Part shown: positions 51,137-59,797 of the stretch, one piece after another
Numbering within the stretch: the stretch's first letter is position 1
Layout: each line of letters starts with the position of its first letter
NCBI GenBank assembly: GCA_014729775.1
Contig: WJJJ01000007.1
Location: 30,302-94,301, forward strand
Source: Candidatus Omnitrophota bacterium
Lineage (GTDB): Bacteria > Omnitrophota > Gorgyraeia > Duberdicusellales > 4484-171
Direction: 5' to 3'
Length of the DNA stretch: 64,000 bases
The notes under the pieces: model-generated
Told to the model about the DNA's origin: nothing
Database searches by the model: none
The model's input: the letters and a program-made list of their open reading frames with translations, nothing else
Position numbers and translations under genes: made by a program

Positions 51137-52929
51137 TTGTGCCGATGGAACAGGTCTATTTGATCGTGACCGAACGAGCCAAAGATGACGCTCTGCGGAA
51201 ACTGCGGTCTTTGGGCGTGGTCCACGTGTCTTCTCTGGCCGAGACGTCTTCGGCGCCGCTTGCCGAATACCGGCAGCGCAGGGAGCGGGTGAAGGAAGCG
51301 CTGCGTCTCCTTCCTCCGGAGTCTTCTCACCCGGAGAAAAAAACTTCCGTTGCCGACGGTGATACCGCGGCGGCAAAAGTCCTCGATGTTGAAAATGCCC
51401 TGCGGCAGGCGCAGAAGAGTCTCAGTGATTTGGTGCGGCAGAGTCAATGGTACCGGGAGTGGGGACGGGTTTCCCTTGAGTCTCTGCGGCGGCTGGCGGA
51501 CCGGAGCATTTTCGTGAAATTTTACCGGATCCCGGTGAAGAAATTCCCGGCACTTTCCGGAGCCGTGCCGGTATATAGAGCAAAAGAGGAAAGAGGGACC
51601 GTGTATGCGGTATTGATCACCCGGGATTCCGACCATGTCCTGGAGTTCCCCGAAGATCCTCCGCCGGGGGAAACCGCGCAGGAGCTTAGCCGCCGCAGCG
51701 ATCGGCTCCGTCAGCGGATCGCACAGCTTCAAAAAGAGAAACAGGCCTGCGCCTCGTGGCGGGACATTTTGACGGAGGCCGACCGTGCGATGGAGAAACA
51801 GATTGAATTTGCCCGGGTGCGCCAGGGGATGATGCAGGCAGCGGCAGTAGCCTATCTGACCGGGTATTGCCCAAAAGAGGCGGTCGCCCGTTTGCAGGAA
51901 GCCGCGGAGAAAGAACGGTGGGGATACGCCGGCAGTGAGCCGGCGAATCCCCAGGAGGTCCCGACGTTGCTGCGCAATCCCCGATGGCTTCGGATCGTCA
52001 ATCCGGTGTTTCACTTCATGGGGACCCTGCCCGGGTACCGGGAATTTGACGTGAGTCTGTGGTTTCTGGTATTTTTCAGCCTGTTTTTCGCCATGCTCAT
52101 CGGCGATGCCGGATACGGAGTGCTGTTTTTGGCCGCGGGGATCTGGGCGCGGCATAAATTCCGTTCCGCGCCAAAAGAGCCGTTCCAACTGCTCTACGTC
52201 CTCGCCGGCAGTACTATTTTCTGGGGCGCGATCAGCGGGACCTGGTTCGGGTACGAGGGGTTCGCCCGCCTGCCGTTGCTGGAGGCGGTGGTGATCGAAC
52301 GGATTGACAGTTTTGTGAGCGGGAATGAAGAGTTCCTGATGTATTTTTGTTTTGTGATCGGCGCGGTCCATTTGTCTATCGCCCATGCGCTGCGGGCGGC
52401 CGCCATGCTCAATTCTTTGCGGGCAGTGGCGCAGTTGGGGTGGATATTCATTGTCTGGGGGGTCTTTTTTGCGGCCAATGCGTTGGTGTTGGCGCAGCCG
52501 TTTCCCCGGGCCGGAGGATTTTTGCTGGCCGCGGGGGCGGGGCTGGCCGTGCTTTGTTCCTCGCCGCAGAAGAATATGCTCAAAGGCGTCGGTCTCGCGC
52601 TGGCCGATCTGCCGCTGAAGGTGATCAACGCTTTTGCCGATGTAGTGTCCTATTTGCGGCTGTTCGCGGTGGGATACGCCTCGGTGATCGTGGCCTCCAG
52701 CTTTAATCAGATGGCGCTGGGAACCGGGATGCATCCGGTTGCGGCCGGGTTCATTGCGCCGCTCATTTTGTTCCTGGGGCATTCGCTCAATATTATCCTG
52801 GGACTGATGGCGGTGATCGTGCACGGAGTGCGGCTGAATATGCTCGAGTTTTCCAGCCATCTGGACATGCAGTGGTCGGGCAAGCCCTACCGGCCGTTCG
52901 CTGAAGAGCAAGGCGCGAAAATAAAATAA
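51133..52929 (+). CDS. ntpI: V/A-type ATP synthase subunit I (a)
   Basis: VPTLLRNP, PGYRE.D, IGDAGYG, DVVSYLRLFAVG and HGVRLNMLEF motifs. Confidence 0.93.
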   Translation: MIVPMEQVYLIVTERAKDDALRKLRSLGVVHVSSLAETSSAPLAEYRQRRERVKEALRLLPPESSHPEKKTSVADGDTAAAKVLDVENALRQAQKSLSDLVRQSQWYREWGRVSLESLRRLADRSIFVKFYRIPVKKFPALSGAVPVYRAKEERGTVYAVLITRDSDHVLEFPEDPPPGETAQELSRRSDRLRQRIAQLQKEKQACASWRDILTEADRAMEKQIEFARVRQGMMQAAAVAYLTGYCPKEAVARLQEAAEKERWGYAGSEPANPQEVPTLLRNPRWLRIVNPVFHFMGTLPGYREFDVSLWFLVFFSLFFAMLIGDAGYGVLFLAAGIWARHKFRSAPKEPFQLLYVLAGSTIFWGAISGTWFGYEGFARLPLLEAVVIERIDSFVSGNEEFLMYFCFVIGAVHLSIAHALRAAAMLNSLRAVAQLGWIFIVWGVFFAANALVLAQPFPRAGGFLLAAGAGLAVLCSSPQKNMLKGVGLALADLPLKVINAFADVVSYLRLFAVGYASVIVASSFNQMALGTGMHPVAAGFIAPLILFLGHSLNIILGLMAVIVHGVRLNMLEFSSHLDMQWSGKPYRPFAEEQGAKIK

Positions 52930-52958
52930 GTGAACTTTTACAACGAAAAGGAGGGAAT

Positions 52959-53411
52959 ATGTTTGAAGGGATGATTGCAGGGTTCGGCGACATGAAAGCG
53001 TCGCTGGTATTGGCGGCGATCGGCTCGGCATTCGGCACCGGGATCGCGGGCATGGCGGCGATCGGGGCCTGGAAAAAAGCGTTCGCCCAGAACAAGGACG
53101 CGCCGTTTATTCTGATCGCGTTTGTGGGCGCGCCGTTGTCCCAGACCATCTATGGAATGATTTTGATGAACGCGATCCGCAATGCGAATTTACCGCCATC
53201 GACGTATCTCTTGCAGCTGCTGGTGGGCGTTTTCGCGGGAGCGGCCATGGGGTTTTCGGCCTATTTTCAGGGCAAGGCCGGCGCCCGGGCGGCCGACGCG
53301 CTGGCGGAGACCGGCAAGGGGTTTGGAAATTACATTATGGTCGTCGGCGTTATCGAAACCGTGGCCCTGTTTGTGATGGTCTTCAGCATGACCACCCTGC
53401 CGCAGGGATAA
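52959..53411 (+). CDS. ntpK: V/A-type ATP synthase subunit K (c, four TM)
   Basis: GSAFGTG, PLSQTIYG, FQGKAG and IETVALF motifs. Confidence 0.93.
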   Translation: MFEGMIAGFGDMKASLVLAAIGSAFGTGIAGMAAIGAWKKAFAQNKDAPFILIAFVGAPLSQTIYGMILMNAIRNANLPPSTYLLQLLVGVFAGAAMGFSAYFQGKAGARAADALAETGKGFGNYIMVVGVIETVALFVMVFSMTTLPQG

Positions 53412-53525
53412 TTCTTTCGTGTATCCGCGCGTGCTTTTTTGAAAAAGGGTGGAGGGCTTGATTTTTTTTCAATATTTAGTAAGATAAGGTCTTTTCCCGT
53501 CCGGGAAGGCGTGTCAAGAAAGAAT

Positions 53526-53554
53526 TTGAAAACACTGGTCATTCTTGATAGACT
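53526..53554 (+). promoter_or_regulatory. sigma70 promoter of tRNA-Val/thrS
   Basis: TTGAAA-17 nt-TAGACT with extended TG. Confidence 0.6.
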
Positions 53555-53572
53555 AATGTACGTTTATCCGGT

Positions 53573-53644
53573 GGGCGGTTGGCGCAGCGGAAGCGCATCT
53601 CGCTTACAACGAGAGGGTCAGAGGTTCGAATCCTCTACCGCCCA
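53573..53644 (+). tRNA. tRNA-Val(TAC), CCA not encoded
   Basis: Acceptor stem GGGCGGT/ACCGCCC-A; anticodon arm TCTCG-CTTACAA-CGAGA; T arm AGAGG-TTCGAAT-CCTCT. Confidence 0.95.
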
Positions 53645-53727
53645 TTTTATTCCATTTCGAAGGAGGGTGATCCTGTGCGAGGGGAATGGTGCGCGCGGGA
53701 GGGAAAACGGAGAAAAACGAGAACGGT

Positions 53728-55473
53728 ATGGAAACATCGCAGGAAAAATTGCACTCATTGCGTCATTCGTGTGCGCATTTGCTGGCGTCATCGGTGAAAA
53801 AACTGTATCCGCAGGCAAAACTGGGAATCGGGCCGGCGATTGAAGACGGGTTTTATTATGATTTTGACGTGCCGGAACCGTTTACCGACGAGGATTTGGC
53901 CCGGATCGAGGAAAAGATGCACGAAGAGAGCCGGGAAAACCTGCCGTTTGAGCGGAAGGAAATGGACGCCGCAGACGCGGTGTCTTTTTTCCGTGAACGG
54001 AATGAGCCTTATAAAGTAGAACTTATCCAGGACTTGGGCCAAGAGCGGGTGTCGCTCTACCGGCATAACGGATTTATCGATCTATGTAAGGGCCCGCACG
54101 TGGCCCGGTCCGGAGAAATAGCCCATTTCAAACTGTTATCGACCTCCGGCGCGTATTGGCGTGGCGATGAGCGGAATCCCCAGCTGTTCCGCATTTACGG
54201 GACGGTGTTCCCCGGCAAAGACGAGCTGGATGCGTATCTCAACAAGCTTGAGGAAATCAAAAAACGGGATCACCGGGTGCTGGGCCGGACACTAGGGCTG
54301 TTCGAAATGTACCCGGAGCAAGCCGGCGCGGGACTGGTGTTTTATCTGCCCCGCGGCGCGCAGCTGCGGCGGACGATCGAAGAATGGGAACGCGCCGAAC
54401 ATCGGCGCCGCGGATATCAGGAAGTCATGACTCCGCATATTATGGATCAAAAGCTCTGGGAGAAAAGCGGGCATTTGGAGTTTTACCGGGAGTACATGTA
54501 TCCGATTGAGAAGGAGCATCAGGGATTCGTGCTGAAACCGATGAATTGTCCCGGGCATATTCTCCTGTATAAATCACAGCTTCGCAGCTGGCGAGATTTG
54601 CCGCTGCGTTTGTTCGAGCTGGGAACGGTATACCGGTATGAAAAAAGCGGGGTGCTCCATGGATTGCTGCGTGTGCGGGGGTTTACCCAGGATGACGCGC
54701 ATATTTTCTGCCGCAAGGAAGATTTGGAAGCGGAAATCGACGGGGTCCTGCAGTTCGTGCAGGACACCATGCAGAAATTCGGGTTTTGTGATTTCGACGC
54801 CGAAATCAGCACCCGGCCCGGGGAGTATATCGGTGAAGCGCAAGATTGGGATCTGGCGGAGAAGGTTTTGGAGGAAGTGCTCAAACGAAAGAGAATCTCC
54901 TACCGCGTCAATCCCGGAGACGGGGCTTTTTACGGGCCCAAGATCGACATAAAACTGAACGACGCGCTTGGCCGGCAATGGCAGTGCGCGACGGTCCAGC
55001 TGGACTATAATATCCCGAAGCGGTTTGATCTCACCTACCGATCGTCCTCCGGGGAAGACCTGCGGGTAGTGATGATTCACCGGGTACTGCTGGGGAGCGT
55101 GGAGCGGTTCATCGCCACGCTTATCGAACATTACGGAGGCCGTTTCCCGTTCTGGCTGGCGCCTGTGCAGGCAGTAGTGTTAAGCGTGAGCGAGGATACC
55201 CGGGAGTATGCCGGCCGCGTGAGGGCGGCGTTGACTGCGCAGGGCATCCGTGCCGAAGCCGACGTGCGGGACGAAACGCTCCAGAAAAAAATACGGGAGA
55301 ATGAACTGCAGAAAATTCCGTATTTATTAATCGTGGGCCGCCGCGAACAGGACGCGGAAAAAGTGTCGGTGCGGCGGCGGGGAGGGAAAAATATTGGGAC
55401 GATGACCCCAGAAGAATTTGTGCAACGGATAAACAAGGAGGAAAACGCGAGTGAAGTATGTGAGAGTCAATGA
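53728..55473 (+). CDS. thrS: Threonyl-tRNA synthetase (short form lacking the TGS domain)
   Basis: LRHSCAH, DLCKGPH, RDHR, LKPMNCPGH, RVRGFTQDDAH and MIHR motifs. Confidence 0.96.
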   Translation: METSQEKLHSLRHSCAHLLASSVKKLYPQAKLGIGPAIEDGFYYDFDVPEPFTDEDLARIEEKMHEESRENLPFERKEMDAADAVSFFRERNEPYKVELIQDLGQERVSLYRHNGFIDLCKGPHVARSGEIAHFKLLSTSGAYWRGDERNPQLFRIYGTVFPGKDELDAYLNKLEEIKKRDHRVLGRTLGLFEMYPEQAGAGLVFYLPRGAQLRRTIEEWERAEHRRRGYQEVMTPHIMDQKLWEKSGHLEFYREYMYPIEKEHQGFVLKPMNCPGHILLYKSQLRSWRDLPLRLFELGTVYRYEKSGVLHGLLRVRGFTQDDAHIFCRKEDLEAEIDGVLQFVQDTMQKFGFCDFDAEISTRPGEYIGEAQDWDLAEKVLEEVLKRKRISYRVNPGDGAFYGPKIDIKLNDALGRQWQCATVQLDYNIPKRFDLTYRSSSGEDLRVVMIHRVLLGSVERFIATLIEHYGGRFPFWLAPVQAVVLSVSEDTREYAGRVRAALTAQGIRAEADVRDETLQKKIRENELQKIPYLLIVGRREQDAEKVSVRRRGGKNIGTMTPEEFVQRINKEENASEVCESQ

Positions 55474-55954
55474 ACGGATTCTTGCCCCTACCGTGAGATT
55501 GATCGGTCCTGACGGGAGCCAGATGGGGATTTTCCCTCAGAAGAAGGCCCTGCAGAAAGCGGAAGAGGCTGATCTCGATCTGGTGGAGGTGGCCCCTCAA
55601 GCCAAACCTCCGGTCTGCCGGATTATGGATTTCGCTAAGTACCGGTATGAACAGGAGAAACGTGAGCGGGAATTGAAACGCCACAAGCGTCATTCGCAAT
55701 TGAAAGAAATCCGTATGCGTCCCAATATCGAAAGTCATGATTATGAGGTGAAGCTGAAGCATATCAAGGAATTCCTGTCAAAGGGACACAAGGTCCGCAT
55801 CCGTATGTTTTTCCGCGGACGGGAAATTACCCATAAAGAGATCGGGAAGCGGGTGCTGGAAAAAATCGTGCAGGATACCGAGAAAATAGGAAAAGTCGAC
55901 CGAGATTCTCAGATGATGGGAAAAGCGATGATCATGACGCTCGGGCCCAAGTAG
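55451..55954 (+). CDS. infC: Translation initiation factor IF-3
   Basis: RVNERI, LDLVEVAPQAKPPVCRIMD and FRGRE motifs. Confidence 0.95.
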   Translation: MKYVRVNERILAPTVRLIGPDGSQMGIFPQKKALQKAEEADLDLVEVAPQAKPPVCRIMDFAKYRYEQEKRERELKRHKRHSQLKEIRMRPNIESHDYEVKLKHIKEFLSKGHKVRIRMFFRGREITHKEIGKRVLEKIVQDTEKIGKVDRDSQMMGKAMIMTLGPK

Positions 55955-55992
55955 GTGCCGGGCGATCTTTTGAGTAAAGGAGGGCGGACAAA

Positions 55993-56190
55993 ATGCCGAA
56001 AGTAAAAACAAGAAAAGCTTTAGCAAAGCGGGTACGGATCACGAAAAACGGGAAGGTGGTCCGGAAGAAAGCGGGTACCCGCCATTTGTTGAGCGGAAAG
56101 AACCGGAAACGAAAACGGAGACTGAAACAGCGGGATGTCGTTGCCCCGCAGGACGCAAAGATGATCAAAAGAGCGATGCCCTATGATTGA
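55993..56190 (+). CDS. rpmI: 50S ribosomal protein L35
   Basis: MPKVKTRKALAKR...HLL; located between infC and rplT. Confidence 0.93.
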   Translation: MPKVKTRKALAKRVRITKNGKVVRKKAGTRHLLSGKNRKRKRRLKQRDVVAPQDAKMIKRAMPYD

Positions 56191-56230
56191 GGCGCGGCGT
56201 CGTATCAGGAAGAAAACGAAAGGAGAATAA

Positions 56231-56575
56231 ATGAAAACGTCGCATTCGCCGGCACGGCGGCGCAAGAAAAAGAAGGTGTTGCATTCAGCGAAAGGATACT
56301 GGGGCGACAGGTCGAAACAGTACCGCCGGGCAGTCGAAACCGTGCGCAGGGCGCTGGCCTATGCCTATCGCGACCGCCGGGTCAAAAAAAGAGAATTCCG
56401 GTCATTATGGATCACCCGGATCAATGCCGCGGCGCGGGCCGAAGGGCTCAGTTATCGGGAATTGATGCACGTGCTGAAGAAAAAAAATGTGCTGCTGTCC
56501 AGAGATATGCTGGCGAAGATCGCCGCGGAACAGCCGGACGCTTTCCAGCAGCTCGTACAGCAGGTCACCCAGTAA
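56231..56575 (+). CDS. rplT: 50S ribosomal protein L20
   Basis: AKGYWG and YAYRDRRVKKREFRSLWITRINAA motifs. Confidence 0.95.
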   Translation: MKTSHSPARRRKKKKVLHSAKGYWGDRSKQYRRAVETVRRALAYAYRDRRVKKREFRSLWITRINAAARAEGLSYRELMHVLKKKNVLLSRDMLAKIAAEQPDAFQQLVQQVTQ

Positions 56576-56590
56576 TACTATTCACACACG

Positions 56591-56986
56591 ATGAAGTACA
56601 TTGTAATCGTCGGCTGCGGGAGAACGGGGGCGGAACTTGCCCGCGATCTTTCTCCTTCCGCGAATGTGGTGATTATCGACAAGAACCTCAAAGCGCTTGA
56701 TAGTCTCGGGGAGGATTTTAACGGGAAAAAAGTGTGGGGCGATGGTCTTGATCTGCACACATTGGAAGAGGCCGAAATTAAACAGGCTCACGCATTATTC
56801 CTTTTGACCGGCAATGATAATCTGAATCTGGTAGTCGGGAAAGTGGTAAAACGCAGGTACCAGGTGCCGAGGGTGATCTTGCAGGTGAATGACGTGGTAA
56901 AGGAGAAGATTTTCCGGGAAGCAGGATTGACGATTGTCAACCGCACTTCGCTGTTAATTGATGTGCTGAAAAAGTACATTACGTAA
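56591..56986 (+). CDS. TrkA-N (RCK/KTN) domain protein
   Basis: IVIVGCGRTG, IIDK, GDG and LTGNDNLN motifs. Confidence 0.87.
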   Translation: MKYIVIVGCGRTGAELARDLSPSANVVIIDKNLKALDSLGEDFNGKKVWGDGLDLHTLEEAEIKQAHALFLLTGNDNLNLVVGKVVKRRYQVPRVILQVNDVVKEKIFREAGLTIVNRTSLLIDVLKKYIT

Positions 56987-56996
56987 GGACATCGAT

Positions 56997-57662
56997 ATGT
57001 ATATTGTAATTGCCGGCGCCGGACGGTTAGGGCTGGTTCTCGCAAAGAAATTAAAAGAGGATCGCCATCAGGTGTGTCTGATCGACAAGCATGAAGGCTT
57101 GTGTAACAGGCTCGCCAGAGAACTCAAGGATATCCTTATTATCTGGGGAGACGCGACCTATCCGGAGATTCTCAAAGAGGCCAAGATTCACAAAGCGCGC
57201 GTCTGTGTGAGCGCGACCTCCAGTGACGAAGACAATATTATTATCGCCAACCTCGCCAAAGAACTGTTCGGGACCAAGCGCACGGTCGCGCGGGTAAACG
57301 ATCCGAAACATCTTTCCCTGTATAAATATATGGACGTGGATAATCCCGTTGATTCCACTTCAATTATCGCCCGGGTAGTCGAAGAAGAAGCGTCTTTTAC
57401 CGACGTGATGACATTGCTTTCGATCAAAAAAGGGAGGCTGTCGATCGTCCGCGTGGATATTCCGCCCGATTCTCCGGTAGTGAACAAAACGCTGACGGAA
57501 GTCCAGCTTCCGCCCAATTCCGTTCTGGTTTCGATCTTGCGCGGCCCCGATATTATTATTCCGTCGGGAAGCACGAAGATTTATCCGGACGATGAAATTA
57601 TTGCCGCGACCCTGATAGACGCGGAAAAAGATTTGATCAAAGCTTTGATAGGGAAGATATAA
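56997..57662 (+). CDS. trkA: TrkA/KtrA-type K+ uptake regulatory protein (RCK-N + RCK-C)
   Basis: IAGAGRLG, GDAT, DEDN, ARVNDP and IIPSGST motifs. Confidence 0.9.
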   Translation: MYIVIAGAGRLGLVLAKKLKEDRHQVCLIDKHEGLCNRLARELKDILIIWGDATYPEILKEAKIHKARVCVSATSSDEDNIIIANLAKELFGTKRTVARVNDPKHLSLYKYMDVDNPVDSTSIIARVVEEEASFTDVMTLLSIKKGRLSIVRVDIPPDSPVVNKTLTEVQLPPNSVLVSILRGPDIIIPSGSTKIYPDDEIIAATLIDAEKDLIKALIGKI

Positions 57663-57692
57663 GGCCGGACTCCAAAACCATGATGAGGCGTA

Positions 57693-57779
57693 ATGAAAAG
57701 TATCGGCGGCATTCTTGTTGAGCTGTGCTTTTGCCTGCTTTGTCTGCTCGTAGGCTACGCGCTCACCTTCCTCTTTTAA
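57693..57779 (+). CDS. Putative 28-aa single-pass membrane peptide
   Basis: GAGG then ATG...TAA: MKSIGGILVELCFCLLCLLVGYALTFLF; fills the trkA-trkH gap. Confidence 0.5.
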   Translation: MKSIGGILVELCFCLLCLLVGYALTFLF

Positions 57780-57791
57780 CGAACACACACG

Positions 57792-59276
57792 ATGATCATA
57801 TCGCCGGAACGCAGCGATTTTTCTACGATTTTTAACATTTTGGGCAAACTTTTGCTCGCCCTCGCGGGATTTATGCTCTTGCCTTTGGCCGTCGCCTGGG
57901 GGCACGGAGAGATTTCACCTTTCTGGGATTTTCTGCTCAGTTTTTTCCTTGCCGCCTCGGCGGGGTTGGCACTGGTGATCCTGTTCCCTCTTCGGGAAGA
58001 GATCAGCTGGATCCACGCGTTTTTCACGGTGAGTATGGGATGGCTGGTGTTTTCTCTGTTCGGGGCCGTTCCCCTTTATCTTTCCGGTCATTTCCTCTGT
58101 TTTTTAGACGCGTGGTTTGAATCGATGAGCGGGTTCGCCACCACTGGACTGGTATTGATTCAGGATTTGGATCATCTCTCTTACGCGCACAACATGTGGC
58201 GGCACCTTACCATGTTTATCGGCGGCCAGGGGATCATCCTCGCCAGCCTTTCTATCCTGACCAAGGCCCGGCCGGTCGCGGTGGGGTTTTACATGGGAGA
58301 AGGGCGGCAGGAAAAGATTCTGCCCAACGTGATCGGTACCGCCCGGTTTATCTGGAAAGTGAGCTTCGTTTATCTTCTCCTGGGTGTCACCGTGTTCAGC
58401 GCAATTTTGATGGGAAAGGGGCTTGATCCGCTGAAAGCCGTATATCATGGTTTGTGGCTTTTTTTCGCCGCGTTTGATACCGGAGGGTTCGCGCCGCAAG
58501 CGCAAAATATCGCCTACTACCACAGTCCGGTGCTGGAAGCGGCAACCGTGGTATTTATGATGCTCGGCGCGTTCAATTTTAATCTTCATTTCTGGGTGTG
58601 GTTAAAGAACAAGCGGGAGATATACCGCAACTTTGAAGTGCGGATATTTCTGCTCACCCTGTTTTCACTTGCCGCATTGCTTTATTTTTCGCTGAAAGGA
58701 ATGAGCAATTTAGGGCTGTTCCGCACGGGTTTCTACCAGCTGATTTCGGCGCATACCGGATGCGGCTTTACCAACGTGTCTTCCGCGGAGCTTCCTTTAT
58801 TCCCGTCGCTGGGGCTGATCGCGGTGATTTTCGCGATGATGATCGGAGGCGGAGTCTGTTCGACCACCGGGGCGATCAAAATCATGAGGGTCGGTATTAT
58901 TCTGAAATCTCTTCTGAGCGAAATAAAACGGTGGATGATGCCTTTTAAATCAGTATACCGGGATCGGATCCACCACTTGCAGGATGTGATCCTTTCCGAT
59001 AAGCGGGTCCGGGAAGCATACGTGTATTTTTCGCTTTTTTTGATGTCATATATCGGCGGGGCGGTGGTAGGCGTTATGAACGGATATCCGTTGGTGTTAT
59101 CGCTGTTTGAATCGGTGTCCGCCGCCGCCAACGTGGGGCTTTCGGTGGGGATCACGGCACCTTCGATGCCGGCGGTGATGAAGGTGGTATACATTCTGCA
59201 GATGTGGACCGGCAGATTGGAATTTTTGTCGATTTTTGTGGCGATCGGATTTCTTGTATCCTATTTTAAACGATGA
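57792..59276 (+). CDS. trkH: TrkH-family K+ uptake membrane protein
   Basis: FESMSGFATTG, FDTGGF, SAHTGCGF, CSTTGAIK, SAAANVGLS and GRLE motifs. Confidence 0.92.
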   Translation: MIISPERSDFSTIFNILGKLLLALAGFMLLPLAVAWGHGEISPFWDFLLSFFLAASAGLALVILFPLREEISWIHAFFTVSMGWLVFSLFGAVPLYLSGHFLCFLDAWFESMSGFATTGLVLIQDLDHLSYAHNMWRHLTMFIGGQGIILASLSILTKARPVAVGFYMGEGRQEKILPNVIGTARFIWKVSFVYLLLGVTVFSAILMGKGLDPLKAVYHGLWLFFAAFDTGGFAPQAQNIAYYHSPVLEAATVVFMMLGAFNFNLHFWVWLKNKREIYRNFEVRIFLLTLFSLAALLYFSLKGMSNLGLFRTGFYQLISAHTGCGFTNVSSAELPLFPSLGLIAVIFAMMIGGGVCSTTGAIKIMRVGIILKSLLSEIKRWMMPFKSVYRDRIHHLQDVILSDKRVREAYVYFSLFLMSYIGGAVVGVMNGYPLVLSLFESVSAAANVGLSVGITAPSMPAVMKVVYILQMWTGRLEFLSIFVAIGFLVSYFKR

Positions 59277-59797
59277 ATATGAGAGGACAGAGAGGAAAAT
59301 GGGTTATTCTGATCGCGGCCGCCGGAGTGCTCTGGGGGGTACCCCGGTGCGAGGCGGGACGTTCTCTGCGCAATGTATCCGCCGCTCCCGAGGAGTTTCA
59401 CCGCACTCAGGTGACGATTCAGGGAGAAGCGATCGGAGAACCGCTCAAAACAGTTGAAGGATTCTGGGTGAATCTGTCGTCCGAAGGAGCGCATCTCTCG
59501 GCGTGGGTCAAAGACCGGGAAGCCGTCGATAAAATTGTGCACTGGGGCCGGTATGGAATGCGGGGAGATAGGGTAGAGGTGACCGGGGTTTTTTATCGAA
59601 AATGCCCGGTACACCATACCAGCGGAATTCACGTCCAATCCTTGCGGGTGCGCGAGCGCGGGGGGCGCGTTTTTCATCCCGTGTCCGCGCGAAAAAAGAC
59701 GGGTACCCGCGCGGCGGCAATAATCTGTTTGACATTTTTTTTGATTTATCTTATAAAGGAAAGAAATCGCCGCCGGCAAGCGAAGGACATGTCATGA
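59273..59797 (+). CDS. Membrane-anchored OB-fold-like hypothetical protein
   Basis: Signal peptide, VTIQGEAIGE, GDRVEVTGVF...C..H, C-terminal TM; overlaps trkH and pheS. Confidence 0.65.
   Translation: MNMRGQRGKWVILIAAAGVLWGVPRCEAGRSLRNVSAAPEEFHRTQVTIQGEAIGEPLKTVEGFWVNLSSEGAHLSAWVKDREAVDKIVHWGRYGMRGDRVEVTGVFYRKCPVHHTSGIHVQSLRVRERGGRVFHPVSARKKTGTRAAAIICLTFFLIYLIKERNRRRQAKDMS

Noticed and set aside
50719-53031. 770-aa minus-strand ORF
   Set aside because: Antisense shadow of ntpD/ntpI/ntpK in GC-rich sequence with no domain-like features
53573-53727. tRNA-Val as an integration site, or a T-box leader before thrS
   Set aside because: No duplicated tRNA 3' end or integrase seen; the spacer is too short and lacks the T-box motif
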